A stretch of DNA of 64,000 nucleotides from Squalus acanthias. Its lineage: Eukaryota. Both the position numbers and the translations under genes were made by a program. This document shows positions 47,726-60,696 of this stretch, piece after piece. Under the pieces are notes generated by a model. It had not been told where the DNA came from. It searched no databases and saw nothing but the letters and a program-made list of their open reading frames with translations. Location: contig CM059432.1 of assembly GCA_030390025.1 (NCBI GenBank), forward strand, positions 118,422,001 to 118,486,000, read 5' to 3'. How positions within the stretch are numbered: position 1 is the stretch's first letter; each line of letters starts with the position of its first letter.

Positions 47726-50700
47726 AGGCACTTCATCTGAATGCATGTAGCATTCGCAACAAGGTGGATGAATTAATGGCACTAATAGAAGTAAATGGGT
47801 ATGATGTAATCGCCATTACAGAGACATGGTTGCAGGGTAACCAAAGCTGGGAACTGAATGTTCCAGGATACTCAACATTTAGGAAGGACAGACAAAAAGG
47901 AAAAGGAGGTGGCGTAGCGCTGTTAATAAGTGATGAGATCGGTACGGTAGAGATAAAAGATCTTGGCTTGGCAGATCGTGATGTAGAACTGGAATCAGTT
48001 TGGGTAGAGCTAAGAAACAGCAAAGGGCGGAAAACATTGGTGGGGGTTGTGTATTGGCCACCAAACAGTAATGGTAATGTAGGGCACAGTATTAAGCAAG
48101 AAATTAGAAGTGCATGTAACAAGGGCAATATGGTAATCATGGGCGACTTTAATCTACATATTGACTGGGCAAATCAAATTACCACTAATGGTGTGGAGGA
48201 CAAATTCTTGGAATGCATGCAAGATGGTTTCCTGGATCAGTATGTGGAGGAACCAACCAGGGAACAGGCTATTCTGGATCGGGTACTGTGTAATGAGAAA
48301 GGGCTAATCAATAATCTTGTGGTACAGGGGCCTTTAGGGACAAGTGACCGTAATATGATTGAATTTTATATTAAGTTTGAGAGTGATGTAGTCCAATCTG
48401 AAACTAAGGTCTTTAATCCAAACAGAGGAAACTACAAGTGTATGAGGGACAAGTTGGCCATGGTAGATTGGGAGACTACACTAAAAGGTATGAAGGTGGA
48501 CATACAATGGCTAACATTCAAGGAAATAAAGCATAATTTGCAACAAACATATATTCCTCTAGGGCATAAAAACCAAAAGGAAAAGTGATCCAACCATGGC
48601 TAACAAAAGATATTAAAGCTATTATTAAGTCAAAGGAGGAAGCTTATAAAGTTGCTAGAAAAAGCGGTCAGCCTGAGGATTGGGATCTTTTTAGAAATCA
48701 GCAAAGGGGGACCAAGAAATTGATAAAGAAAGAGAAAATGGAATATGAGCACAAACTAGCGAAAAATATAAAAATGGATTGTAAAAGCTTCTATAGGTAT
48801 GTGAAAAGGAAAAGACTGGCAAAGATTAATGTAGGTCCTTTACAGTCAGAGACGGGAGAATTTATAATGGGGAATGAGGAAATGGTAGAGAAATTAAATA
48901 AATACTTTGTTTCTGTCTTCACGGAGGAAGACACAAGAAACCTCCCAGAAATACGAGAAAACCAAGGGTGTGGCGAGAATGAGGAACTTAAAGAAATTAT
49001 TATTTGTAAAAAAACAGTACTAGCAAAATTAATGGGACTAAACGTCAATAAATCTCAAGGACCAGATGACCTACATCCTAGGGTTTTGAAAGAGGTGGCC
49101 ATTGGGATAGTGGACGCATTGGTTGTCATCTTCTAAAATTCTATAGAATCTGGAACGGTTCCTGTAGATTGGAGGATAGCAAATGTAACCCCACTATTTA
49201 AGAAAGGAGGGAGAGAGAAAACGGGGAACGACAGACCTGTTAGCCTCACATCAGTAGTTGGGAAAATGCTGGAATCTGTTATAAAGGATGCAATAACTAG
49301 GCACTTAGAAACTAATAGTAAGATTGGGCAGAGTCAACATGGATTTATGAAAGGGAAATCCTGTTTGACAGACCTATTGAGGATGTAACTAGTGGAGGAG
49401 ACAAAGGGGAACCGGTAGATGTGGTGTATTTGGATTTTCAGAAGGCCTTCGATAAGGTCCCACACAAGAGGTTGGTGAACAAAATTAGGGCACCTGGAAT
49501 TGGGGGTAATATACTAGCATGGATTGAGAATTGGTTAACTGACAGAAAACAAAGAGTAGGGATAAACGGGTCTTTTTCAGGATGGCAGGCTGTGACTAGT
49601 GGGGTACCGCAAGGATTGGTGCTTGGGCCCCAGCTATTCACAATCTATATCAATGATTTGGATGAGGGGACTAAATGTAACATTTCCAAATTTGCTGATG
49701 ACACAAAGTTAGGTGGCAGTGTCAGTTGCGAAGAGGATGTGAAGAGGCTTCAAGGATCTCAACAGGCTCAGTGAGTGGGCGAGAACATGGCAGATGGATT
49801 ATAATGTGGATAAATGTGAAGTTATCCACTTTGGTAGAAAAAACAGAAAGGCAGAGTATTTCCAAAATGGTGAAAGATTGGGGAATGCAGATGCTCAAAG
49901 GAACCTGGGTGTCCTTGTACATGAGTCACTGAAAGTAAATGTGCAGGTGTAGCAAGCCATTAGGAAGGCAAATGATATGCTGGCCTTCATTACAAGTGGA
50001 TTTGAGTACAGGAGTAAAGAAGTCTTACTCCAATTATATAGGGCCTTGGTGAGACCACACCTGGAGTACTGTGTACAATTTTGGTCTCCTTACCTAAGGA
50101 AGGATATACTTGCCATAGAGGGAGTGCAACGAAGGTTCATGAGATTGATTCCTGGGATGGCGGGACTGTCGTATGAGAAGAGATTGAGTAAACTAGGCCT
50201 GTATTCTCTTGAATTCAGAAGAATGAGAGGGGGATCTCATTGAAGCATACAAAATTATTACAGGGCTTGATAGGGTGGATGCTGGGAGAATGTTTCCCTT
50301 GGCTGGGGCGTCTAGAACCACGGGCCACAGCCTCAGGATAAAGGGTAGGCCATTCAGGACTGAGATGAGAAGAAATTTCTTCACACAAAGGGTGGTGAAT
50401 CTTTGGAATTCTCTATCCCAGAGGGCTGTGGAGGCTCAGTCATTGGGTATATTCAAAACAGAAGTCGATAGATTTCTGACTAGTAAGGGCATCAAGGGAT
50501 ATGGCGATAGGGCCGGTGAATGGAGTTGAGGCAGAAGATCAGCCATGATCTCTTTGAATGGCGGAGCAGGCTCGAAGAGCCGAATGGCCTACTCCTGCTC
50601 CTACTTCTTATGTTCTTATCCTGAGACTATGCCCCTTAGTTCTAGACCCTCCAGCCAGGGGAAACAGCCTCTCAGCATCTCCCGCTCACAACTTCAGAGG

Positions 50701-52699
50701 AAGGGACCCTGTAAAAACAACGTAAACACCATTGATGCCATTTTTCTGGGTTTTCTGTGGCTCTTTCGGCAAAGTTACATCAGACAAGCGGGAGAACCTC
50801 CACATCACTTCCCGGATGCCAATATATGAAGGGGGTGGGGGGTTGGGGGTGCGGGAAGGAGATTGAGCGGAGGGTAGAGGGTAGAGTTTTTGATTTTAAT
50901 ATTGTACATAGTTTGTGGAAGAAGCTGGTTTATTGGGCTATCCAGCTTTTTATGTTGTTAGGAGAAGAAGACTATTGTACGGTTTATCTCCAATGTTGAT
51001 TGGAATTCTAATGTACAATAAATTTGGGGCATGTCAGGAATATATTGTAAACAAGGAGCAAATTGAATTGATAAATAATCATTGGGGGATAAATTGGTCC
51101 TCGTTGTGCCTGTTTTCCAGGCAGAACATGGGTGCAAACAGTACCAATTTCTGGAGGTAATGTCTCACACCCCAAGGACATCTGAAAGATGTCTAAGTCG
51201 ATATTGCATCGGGCAATTTTTCAGGTGTCGCTGGTGGCTGCCTGAAACAGGCGTTAGACTCCTTACATATGTAAAAGAAGCACCTAACGCCTGCTTTAGA
51301 ACCGTTCTGCTAAACTGACTAGCCCTCAGTCGAGCAGGTGCTGGGCCTGTGCTGCTCAGGAATCCTCAGTGGTCGCTGCAGCTATGCAGCGGGCGCCAAC
51401 AACAAGTGAGTATATTCGTTTTTAAAGTTTGATGCGGAGCTGGGAGATGCAGGAGTGCTCCTCTCGGCTCCACGGCACTTCTAAGGTTGCTGCCAGCCCG
51501 CAATCGGCCCCTTTCCAGTTCTCCTCCTGGGACTCACCTTAGGGCTGCTGCCGGCAAGGCGAGTGGCCAGAACTTCATCCTTTTTAAATTGGCGAGCTGC
51601 TTCAGGAGCCGTGACAGGCTCTGCCAGCTCACCAAAGTGCCCAATGTTGAGCGAGCCTCAGGCCTCCTGGTTTGGTCATGTGCCCAAAAACAGGCCATAA
51701 CCGATTGCTACCCCGTTGATGATTAGCTCAGTGGATAGGTTATAATCCATTTTACCAGGTCAAGCTAGGACAGAAATTGCTTCATTTGGCCTTGGACTGC
51801 ACATTAAAATTACAAAATGATCAATTTACATGTACAGCTTGATATTCTGAATCAAATGGCGGAAGATAAAACTTGTTTCAAATCAAAACCGCACACAAGT
51901 TGTTCCTTTTATGGAAACAGTATGATAACAAACATGTTCCAATATAGTTTATTCGGGAACTAACTGGTAGCCCATGTGACGCTGGACGGATTACCCTCCT
52001 GTGCCCTCTTGTGCTACAATGTCAGCTAGCAGCAGCAGTGCCTTGTTTTATTTTGTAATGCTGTGATAGGTCAGAGCAACCTTACCAGCTAGGACAACCA
52101 TAACTCTGCAGGGATCCTGTTAACAAAAGCACTATCACCTCTTAGAATCTTCTGTTAAAACCGGCCAATACTATCATATTTCTCCCAGCACAAGGTATCT
52201 TAAATCGAATTATATTTAGAATATTCATCCGGACTGTCCTTGTAAATTTTAGTGCAACAGCATAAGAGTCACGTTGCACTGGCTTTTTCCGAAGAAATTT
52301 GTGGGTAACTGACTTACGTTGGTTTGATGCCACTACCTTGCTATGCACAAATTTCATTGACTGTTTGTGCTGCTCCTGTGTTACGTCCGCTTTAGCTCAT
52401 CAACGTGGCTGTGCCCCCGTGCAAGAGACCAGAGAACGTGAGTTTCCTGCATTTATGCCAGTTCTGAATGGGTGTAAATTGACGCCCAAAATTATAGGCC
52501 CTGCGTGTTACTAGGCCGAAATTTTTTCAATTTGACACACCGAAATTACACCAAAATGCATGCCGGTTTCTATGCCGATCTTGCCGATGGTATTTGAAAG
52601 CCAAATTCCAGCTATATGGCTCAGAGCAAAGATCTGCACAATTTAGGGAAGGGCTCACAGTTAGCTGGTGTTGTCTGTCTCGATCTAACAGCAGCCTGT

Positions 52700-53480
52700 G
52701 ACACTGTCTGGCATATGGGTCTTCTGGTGAAAATTGCAAGAGTACTGCCATATTGGGCCACCTGCTTGGTTGAATTACTGCTGTAGAGCCGATGTTTTAG
52801 AATACACATGGCATCCCTCAGGGATCAGTTCTAGCGCCACTCTTTTTTAATCTGTAAAACGATCTGCCTGCAGCCAGATCGCATAAATTCATCTCTGCTG
52901 ATGACAGTCCCTTTGCTACTCAAACTAGTGACTTTTTTACGCTGGAAACCAGACTCACTAATGACATGAAACATATGGTAGAGCACTATCTCAAATGACA
53001 TCTTCAACCAAGCACCACAAAGACTGTATCCTCCGTCTTTCACTTGCACAATGCTGGTGCCTCTCATGAACTTACTATCATCCGAAATGATCAACTTGTT
53101 AAACACGATGCTCACCTTGTTTAATTGGGAGTCACCCTCAACCAGCCACTAACCTACAAAAAACTACTGAAAACTGCTGAGAAAGTCACCCTCATTGCCA
53201 AACTTGCCGGATCTGCCTGGGAAACAAACACCTCCACTTTCTGCTCATCGGCTCTCGCAGTCTGCTGTTCAGTTACGGAATATTGCACTCATGTTTGGGC
53301 TCGCTCTCCACACACTAATCTGGTGGATACTCAACTACATGTTAGTATGCGCCTTGTGTCAGACACATTGCACCCGACTCCCCTCCCATAGTTACCAGTC
53401 CTCTGCAACATAGCTCCTCCATATCTTTGTCCTTCAGATGCAGTGCCAACTATCATGACAAAATTATGTTGCCAATTCAC
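52700..53480 (+). mobile_element. Degenerate Vingi/Ingi-like non-LTR retrotransposon RT fragment
   Basis: GIPQGSVLAPLLFN..KFI.ADD..GVTLNQPLTYKK..SSALAVCCSVTEYCTHVWARSPHT..VDTQL..MRL..PTPLP. Confidence 0.65.
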
Positions 53481-53554
53481 TCGAAGTTGTTCAATCCACC
53501 AACAGCACTGCTCCCTTTGAGACTGAGCCAGGGGATTGGAATATAAATATAAAG

Positions 53555-53930
53555 GAACTGTCAGAGCTGGAAATATCCTCTCCATAGGGACAGACCCAGG
53601 GGACAGGAATATAGATAGAAGGGAATAGTCGGGGCTGGGAACAGCCTCTCCATAGGGGCAAAGCCAGGGGGCAGGAATATAGATAGAAGGGAATAGTTGG
53701 GCTGGGAACAACCTCTCCACAGGGACAGAGCCGGGGGACAGGAATATAGATAGAAGGGAATAGTCGAAGCTTGGAATATCAACTCCATGATATAGAGCTA
53801 GTGGAGGGAATAGTCAGAGCTGGGAACAGTCCCTCGATACGGACAGATTCAGGTAACAGGTATATAGGTAGAAGGGAGCTGCTGGATCTGGCACTAGCCC
53901 CTTTAGATGGACAGAGCCATCCATAGAGGG
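53555..53930. repeat. Minisatellite, ~59-bp unit, ~6 copies
   Basis: Recurrent CCATAGGGACAGAGCC.GGGGACAGGAATATAGATAGAAGGGAATAGTC. Confidence 0.85.
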
Positions 53931-54659
53931 AATGTAAATAGGTGAACATCATGCCATCTCAGCTCAGCACATCAGGGGGAGTCCTGGATGTGCCTATTCA
54001 CCAACGTGACCCAAATCAATGCAGTAAACTTCCTTTCTCAGCAGTATCCGGCCATGCGTTGCATCGAAACTAACCGATGGTCTCACAGCAATCAAGAAAA
54101 TCAGAGGACGGGGAAATCTGGGGAGACAGTAACAAGAACTATCCTGAAGGATGGCTCAGTAGGCTACTGGTGAGTTTGTAGCCTCAGGTCAAACCTCGCC
54201 ATGGGCACTGCAGAATGATAAAGTAAATTGTTCATCCACATTTATTAACTTAAAATAAAAGTCTTCTGCCCCTGCTGTTTCGCTCTCCCTGTGGAACATA
54301 CAACATAACAAAACAACATTAACTTCAATGAAGCAGAAAATTGGACAGGTTAGAAAGTGGACTTCCGAACTCAACGAGCTCTGTTCTCACCATGCGGGTT
54401 TGCTTAGAATGACTCCCATAGTTTCACAACTTTAGCCATTATAGTTTTAAAGCCTTTCGCCAGTCCATATATTGAAGGCAGTAGGATTAGAGGATAGCAA
54501 GGAGTTCTGGATGGGGAGGGAGAAGAGAAAATGATCGAAGATGACCTTTGCCAGTAATTAAAACCTTTTTTTATTTGTTTATGGGATGTGAGCATCGCTG
54601 GCAAGGCCAGCATTTATTGCCCTTGGGAGATGCCTAGGCCTCATGTGATTGCAAGATTG

Positions 54660-55415
54660 ATGGGGTATCTAACCTGTGCTGCACCTGCCCTGAGAGTGTT
54701 TGATGGGACAGTGTAAAGGGAGTATTACTTTGTATGTAACCCATGCAGTACCTGCCCTGCAAGTGTTTGATGGGACAATGTAGAGGGAGCTTTACTCTGT
54801 GTCTAACGCAGGCTGGACCTGAGGACAGTGTAGAGGGAGCTTTAACTATTATTGCCATTATGCTGCGACTGGGACTGGAGAAATGTCACTGAGTTCACAG
54901 AGCAGATCTGGTAGGACCAAGACCCCCAAGAGTTGAAAACAGGATAAAACAAGAATCTTCAACAATGATGAAAAGGTGAGGGACTTTACTGAAAATACCA
55001 TCAATCCTGGATTTTCTCACGGTGAGAGTTTAACTAGCTACTGGGAGCTGTTCGACAGCTGCTAGAAGGCTCGGCCTTTGATGCAGCAAGTTGACTGGAG
55101 CTTAAATCATATGTAAAGCTTGCCCATACCTCACCTGGGTATGCTTGACACTTACATGTACAGGATTTTTTATTCTGCATTCATACCATTCTGTACATAA
55201 GCTGGTGTGCTTGATTGGATAGTATCAGAGGAACAGTACACTGCATTGAACACATGCTGCATTTGAGTTGGCTGTGCTTGTTGAACCAATTGAGAGAGTG
55301 CTTTACATCATATCTAACCTACGCTGTACATACCTGGGAGTGTTGTACTGTGCATCTACCATGCGATGTGCCTGACCTGCGAGTGTTCGATGGGACAGTG
55401 TAGAGGGAGCTTTAA
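54660..55415. repeat. Dispersed ~65-bp satellite-like units (54660-54850, 55290-55415)
   Basis: Recurrent GTGTTTGATGGGACAGTGTAGAGGGAGCTTTA. Confidence 0.75.
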
Positions 55416-57276
55416 CCATTATGCCCCCTCCAATTATTGCTCCGAAGGTCTCACCCCTTGATACCACTGATGATCCCTCTACTTATTGCCTCTGACGCAT
55501 CTTCCTGCTACAGGCAATATACAGGTTTCAAAACACAGAATAAGTTGCAATATCGATCGAACAGCATTTGGGGTTTGTCCCAATTTCAAAGTTCCAGCAA
55601 TTGATCAAGAGAACCTGCAAAGATCCTGGCCTGCACCATCACTATACCACCTTAATCACTATTTGCGTGAAGAATCCCTTCCTGATGTGGGAAGTTGCCT
55701 TCTACCAATTTGTACACACTTCCTGCAATTGTGACTGAACATAGAGCAGTGCTCTGGATTCACCTATTCTCTTCCACTTCCTAATATATATCCTCCATTC
55801 TGGTTGAAGAGCGAGTCACTCTGAACTTCCCTCAGCACAGTCCTCTGACGCAAGGCATCAGCTTCCTAGCCCATCTCAGCAGCATTCCCAGGGCTTGGCT
55901 TGTTGCCTTTGTGAACCCAAACCCAATGGGAGCACTTCCCTCATGGACCTGCTACTGTGTTCTTGCAGCTCTGAGATGACGACACAGCAGGGCCTCCTGG
56001 AGCCTGCTGCGAATGACCAATTTGGCAAGATAGAGGACAACTAATTAACATAATTAAGTTATAAATAGCTATGTGGGAGGACGTCACCTTGTAAGTTCCT
56101 CTCCACAAGCAATGTCCCTTTCTAATCACAGGTTTCTGGTGTTCTGCGGTTGTATGAAACACTAGAATGGAGCAGATTCCAGTCCTTTTTAAGCTACAAA
56201 CATCTTTTGCTTATTTTTCTGCTGCCTCTGGGGAAGAAGTCTTATTTCAGATTTAGATTTTTGTCCCAAAGATCTGTGGAGTTTTAGGTTCGATTCTATC
56301 CAAAATCAGGATACACAATACATCCTTGGAGAGTGGTGAGCCCATCACTGTTCAGCCCTTATGTCTTCTGCTGCTACTGACCTGGCATAGATCAAACATT
56401 CAGTGGAAGAAAAACCAGAGGTAAAGGTTTCAGCAAAAGGTTTTACACCTCGTGCCACCTCTCCCAAAGATGAATAAGTGATGGAGATTGCTCTTTGGGT
56501 TAAGTAGCTTGTTTCTTGGTTTGAATTGCCCTATGAGACTGGCTGACACCTTCATTGACCATTTAATTTACATACCCATCATTGGCCTGAAATCAGGTGC
56601 ATTCCACACAGATCAGCATGAGTCCACGAAACATCTCTAGCATAGGAGCTGACCCTGGGATAGCGCAGCACCAACTCTACAGGCATATTAGCAACCTCTA
56701 GAGATCAGCCCCTGTCCACTCCCATTCTACTATGATTTTCTTGTGGTTGCAGTTGAATATTGCAGAGGTGTGATATCAAACCTAAGGAATTTCCCCATCC
56801 TTGACCTCTTCAATTCTTGTATTTCAGCTCATCGTTGAAGACTAGGACTGTCCTTCAGATGTCATGCATTTCCTGACAGCACATTTCCCGTACTGTACAA
56901 GAAATGAGTGTGACATCCAAGAGGACAGGACAATGACAAATAGCACTGAAGTATTGATCAATGGTAAGATCTGAATTGTAGACAAGATGAAATTTGATTC
57001 TGTAGGAAGTAAGGGGTAAAAAAAAAGGAATGTGCTAATCTGTAATAACTAGGACATTGAAACACTGACATGAATGGAATTGGAGGACCAACACTTCCCA
57101 CTCATACTTTCCCACTTTTGCTTATGGAGTGGGTTGTCCCCTATTAGCTGGGCTTAGTGATTCTCACTTTGTTGCCAATATCCAATTTGTTTAAATTCAG
57201 TTAAATTCTGACCAACGTACAGAAATTGGCCAGTGCTGAAGCAGAGGGGAAATTTGTAGAGATAGTTTTCTCCCGA

Positions 57277-57620
57277 ATACTAAGGGAGTGCTACACTGTC
57301 AGAGGTGTCATCTTTCAGATGAGATATTAAACAGAGGCCCCATCTGCTCTCAGGTGGACGTAAAAGATTCCATTGCACTATTTTGAAGAGCAGAGGAGTT
57401 AGCCCTGGTGTCCTGCTCAATATTTATCCCTCAAACATTGCTAAAAACAGATTATCTGGCCATTATCACATTGCTGTTTATGGGAGCTTTGTGTGCAAAT
57501 TGGCTCCCGCATTTCCTACATTACAACAGTGACTACTACACTAGTACTACATTGGCTGTAAAGCACTTTGGAACATCCGGTGGTCATGAAAGGCATTACA
57601 TAAAAGCAAGTCTTTCCTTT
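57277..57620 (+). mobile_element. DeuSINE (SacSINE1-like), lacking its head
   Basis: Colinear with 33675-34027. Confidence 0.8.
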
Positions 57621-58029
57621 CACCTCACCCATAACTCTTGAGGCACAAGTGACAACTGTTGGCTCCCTTAGTCACCATTCCTGTTAATGCTGGGCTAGAT
57701 TGGGGTCACAAGCCCCTGCCCCTCTGAAGTGCTTGATGAAATCACCATAGCCATAGAAAGCTTCATCAGACTAATGTAGAATCCAGTCTCTGGCACTTCG
57801 TGAGTGGGAGGAGGATCCCCTCTAATGGCAACCACTTTTCCACCCTCCCCCCCCACCACCCCCAAATCAGCAGCAAAACATCCCTTTACCATGTCCTGCA
57901 TCAAAAACATGGTTTGACTTTACTGGTCTTCCTTTCATTCTGGTCATTAGTTTACAGGCTTTCTTGCAATCTATTATTTTCAATCACAGAAGCCAATCTT
58001 CGGCCAATTTGATTCACTCCACAAGATAT

Positions 58030-58348
58030 CACAGAATCACAGAATCCCCACAGTGCAGATAGAGGCCATTTCGGCCCATCGAGCCTGCACCGACACATAT
58101 CCCGCCCTATCCCGTAACCCCACGTATTTAATCCCCCCTAACACTAAGGGTCAATTTATCATAGCCAAATCAACCTAACCCGCACATCTTTGGACTGTGG
58201 AAGGAAACCGGAGCACCCGGAGGAAACCTACGCAGACACGGGGAGAATGTGCAAACTCCACACAGACAGTCACCCGAGGCCGGATTCGAACCGAGGTCCC
58301 TGGTGCTGTGAGGCAACAGTGCTAACCACTATGCCACCGTGTTGCCCG
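58030..58348 (-). mobile_element. V-SINE (HE1-like) with CR1-derived 3' tail
   Basis: Minus strand has a tRNA head (GGTGGCATAGTGGTTAGC..GGTTCGAATCC), a V-domain (GGAGTTTGCACATTCTCCCCGTGTCTGCG..CTCCGGTTTCC) and a CR1-like tail (GATGGGCCGAAATGGCCTC). Confidence 0.8.
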
Positions 58349-58374
58349 GAGCACACTGGATATAGCAAAGGCTG

Positions 58375-59860
58375 TTGAGCTGAAGAATTGTGCTCCAGAA
58401 CTAGCCGCGCCTCTAGCCAAGCTGTTCCAGTACAGCTACAACACTGGCACCTATCTGACAATGTGGAAAACTGCCCATGTATGTCCTGTCCACAAAGCAG
58501 GACAAATCCAATCCGGCCAATTACCGCCCCATCAATCAGCAGCAAAGTGATGAAAGGTGTCATCAACACTGCTATCAAGCAACACTTACTCACCAATAAC
58601 CTGCTCACCAATACCAATTTGGGTTCCGCCAAGACCACTCAGCTCCCGACCTCATTACAGCCTTGGTCCAAACATGGAAAAAGGAGCTGAATACTCGAGG
58701 CGAGGTGAGAGTGACTGCCCTTGACATCAAGGCAGCATTTGACCAAGTGTGGCATGAAGGAGCCCTAGTAAAACTGAAGTCAATGGGAATCAGGGGGAAA
58801 CTCTTCACTGCCTGGACTCATACCTAGCACAAAGGACAATGGTTGTGGTGATTGAAGGTCAATCATCACAGCCCCAGGACATCACTGCAGGAGTTCCTCA
58901 GGCCAGTGTCTTAGGCCCAACCATCTTCAGCTGCTTCATCAATGACCTTCCCTCCAACATAAGGTCAGATATGGGGATGTTTGCTGGTGACTGCTGTGTT
59001 CAGCACCATTCACAACCCCTCAGATAATGAAGCAGTCCATGCCTACATGCAACAAGACCTGGACAACGTTCAGGCTTGGGCTGATAAGTGGCAGGTAACA
59101 TTTGCGCCACAGAAGTGCCAGGCAATGACTATCTCCAACAAGCAAGTGTCTAACCACCGCCCCTTGACATTCAACGGCATTACCATCAACATCCTGGGGG
59201 TCACCATTGACCAGAAACTTAATGGATCAGCCACAAATACTAACTGGACCAGCCACAAATACAATGGCAACAAGAGCAGGTCAGAGGCTAGGTATTCTAT
59301 GGCGAGTGTCTCACCTCCTGACTCCCCAAAGCCTTTCCACCATAAACAAGGCACAAGTAAGGAGTGTGATGGAATACTCTTCACTTGCCTGGATGAGTGC
59401 AGCTCAAACAACACAAGAAGCTCGACACCATCCAGGACAAAGCAGTCCACTTGATTGGCACCCCATCCACCACCTTCAACATTCACTCCCTCCACCACCG
59501 GCGTACCGTGGCTGCCGTGTGTACCATCTACAAGATGCATGCAGCAACTTGCCAAGGCTTCTTCGGCAGCACCTCCCAAACCTGCGACCTCTTCCACCTA
59601 GAAGGAAGAGGGCAGCAGGCGCATGGGAACACCACCACCTCCAAGTCACACACCATCCTGACTTGGAAATATATTGGTGTTCCTTCATCATTGCTGGGTC
59701 AAAATCCTGGAACTCCCTACTTAACAGCACTGTGGAAGTACCTTCACCACACAGACTGCAGCGGTTCAAGGAGGTGGCTCACCACCACCTTCGAGGGCAA
59801 TTAGGGATGGGCAATAAATGCTGGCCTTGCCAGCAACACCCACATCCCGTAAATGAATTA
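58375..59860 (+). mobile_element. CR1/L2-group LINE, degenerate RT and 3' end
   Basis: ALDIKAAFDQVWH, GVPQASVLGP, KLDTIQDKA motifs. A reverse-complement copy of its 3' end lies at ~54565-54625. Confidence 0.75.
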
Positions 59861-60169
59861 AAAAAATTGTGAACCCAGGTGTAGAGCCAGACCCAGCATG
59901 AGTAGAGTGCGATTAAGTGTGAAGGCAACTTGTTGGGACATATCTCTGGGACCTAGGAATAGAATAACTGCAGGTTGGTTCATGGCCAAATATACACTAG
60001 GGTATCTTTGGGTTCTGGAGGAAATGCCCACCCTAGAGGTAGTGATACTAGTTCCACTGCAGGTGTGGGAATTTGAGGACAAGCTGTTGAATGGACATTG
60101 TCTGCTCTTCTAGGCAGTTGGCCTAGTCTGGTGCTGTCCCACTCGAACATTTCAGAGACCTCAATTGCA

Positions 60170-60695
60170 TCAGATTAAGGAGACTGTAAAAGGTGATAGG
60201 GCCAGTACCACCATGGTGTGCATCAGTTTGAGGTAAACATGAGGGAGACGAGAAGAGGAAAAGTTAAGTAGGACTAAGAAAGGGAACTGGAAATCAGATA
60301 AGAAGGGGAGAGACAAATAAATAGTAAAACAAGAATAATGCGATGGAGACAAAAATGTATGCAGAAAAGTGTGGAGATGAGGAGAAGCAAAGGTTAGTAC
60401 ACACAAGAGTGCAAATGGAAAGAGATTTAGTGAGGAATAGAAAATGAGGGAGAGGATAGAAAAAAATAGGGAAATGTGAAATTGGGAAAGGAGTTAAAGC
60501 AAGAAAAGATAATGCTAGTAAAAAGAGGAGAGAAATAGTGGAATGCAAAATGAAAGATCACAGGAGAAGTGGTAAATAAAGATGAGAAAGATGAAGGATA
60601 GAAAAAAGATAAACACAAGAATTAATTAGGAAAGTTAAGTAGAATCAAGAGATGAGTAAGTGTCAAGCTAAAGAAAGAGCAATGAGAAAAAGATG
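60170..60695. repeat. Purine-rich low-complexity tract
   Basis: Strong A/G bias with no defined repeat unit. Confidence 0.6.
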
Positions 60696-60696
60696 A

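Larger units (their letters stand above)
44008..50614 (+). mobile_element. Near-full-length CR1 LINE (ORF1 esterase remnant 44008-44467; ORF2 EN+RT 47722-50529), interrupted
   Basis: SGNH-like ORF1 (CLPGARVKD..VVHIGTNN..LHL), APE endonuclease (AITETWL..GDFN..SD.N), RT with stops and frameshifts, and a 3' tail. Confidence 0.9.
34355..50680 (-). mobile_element. CR1 3' fragment split into three pieces (34355-34604, 43981-44007, 50615-50680)
   Basis: Pieces rejoin into continuous CR1 sequence matching 63480-63810: CATCTCA|GTCCTAAATGGCCGACCCCTTAT|CCTGAGACT. CTCA and CTTAT are duplicated at the junctions. Confidence 0.8.
34329..50820. mobile_element. Probable small MITE (34329-34354 + 50681-50820) forming the outer shell of the nest
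   Basis: The rejoined GTGAGGGTTCTC|CCGC is an inverted repeat of GCGGGAGAACCTCCAC (~50788-50803). AAT flanks both ends. TIR is degraded. Confidence 0.5.

Noticed and set aside
51211..51714. Additional Harbinger MITE
   Set aside because: GGGCAATTTT start and GC-rich body are suggestive, but no matching TSD or clean right TIR could be defined.
53555..53930. Regularly spaced repeats resembling a CRISPR array
   Set aside because: Whole units repeat with no unique spacers, there are no cas genes, and the context is vertebrate. It is a minisatellite.
53950..55740. Possible host exons on + (e.g. 54900-54976 ending AAG|GTGAGG; ORF 55486-55734)
   Set aside because: Splice-like motifs exist, but there is no recognisable protein and no consistent exon chain. 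RNA data would be needed.
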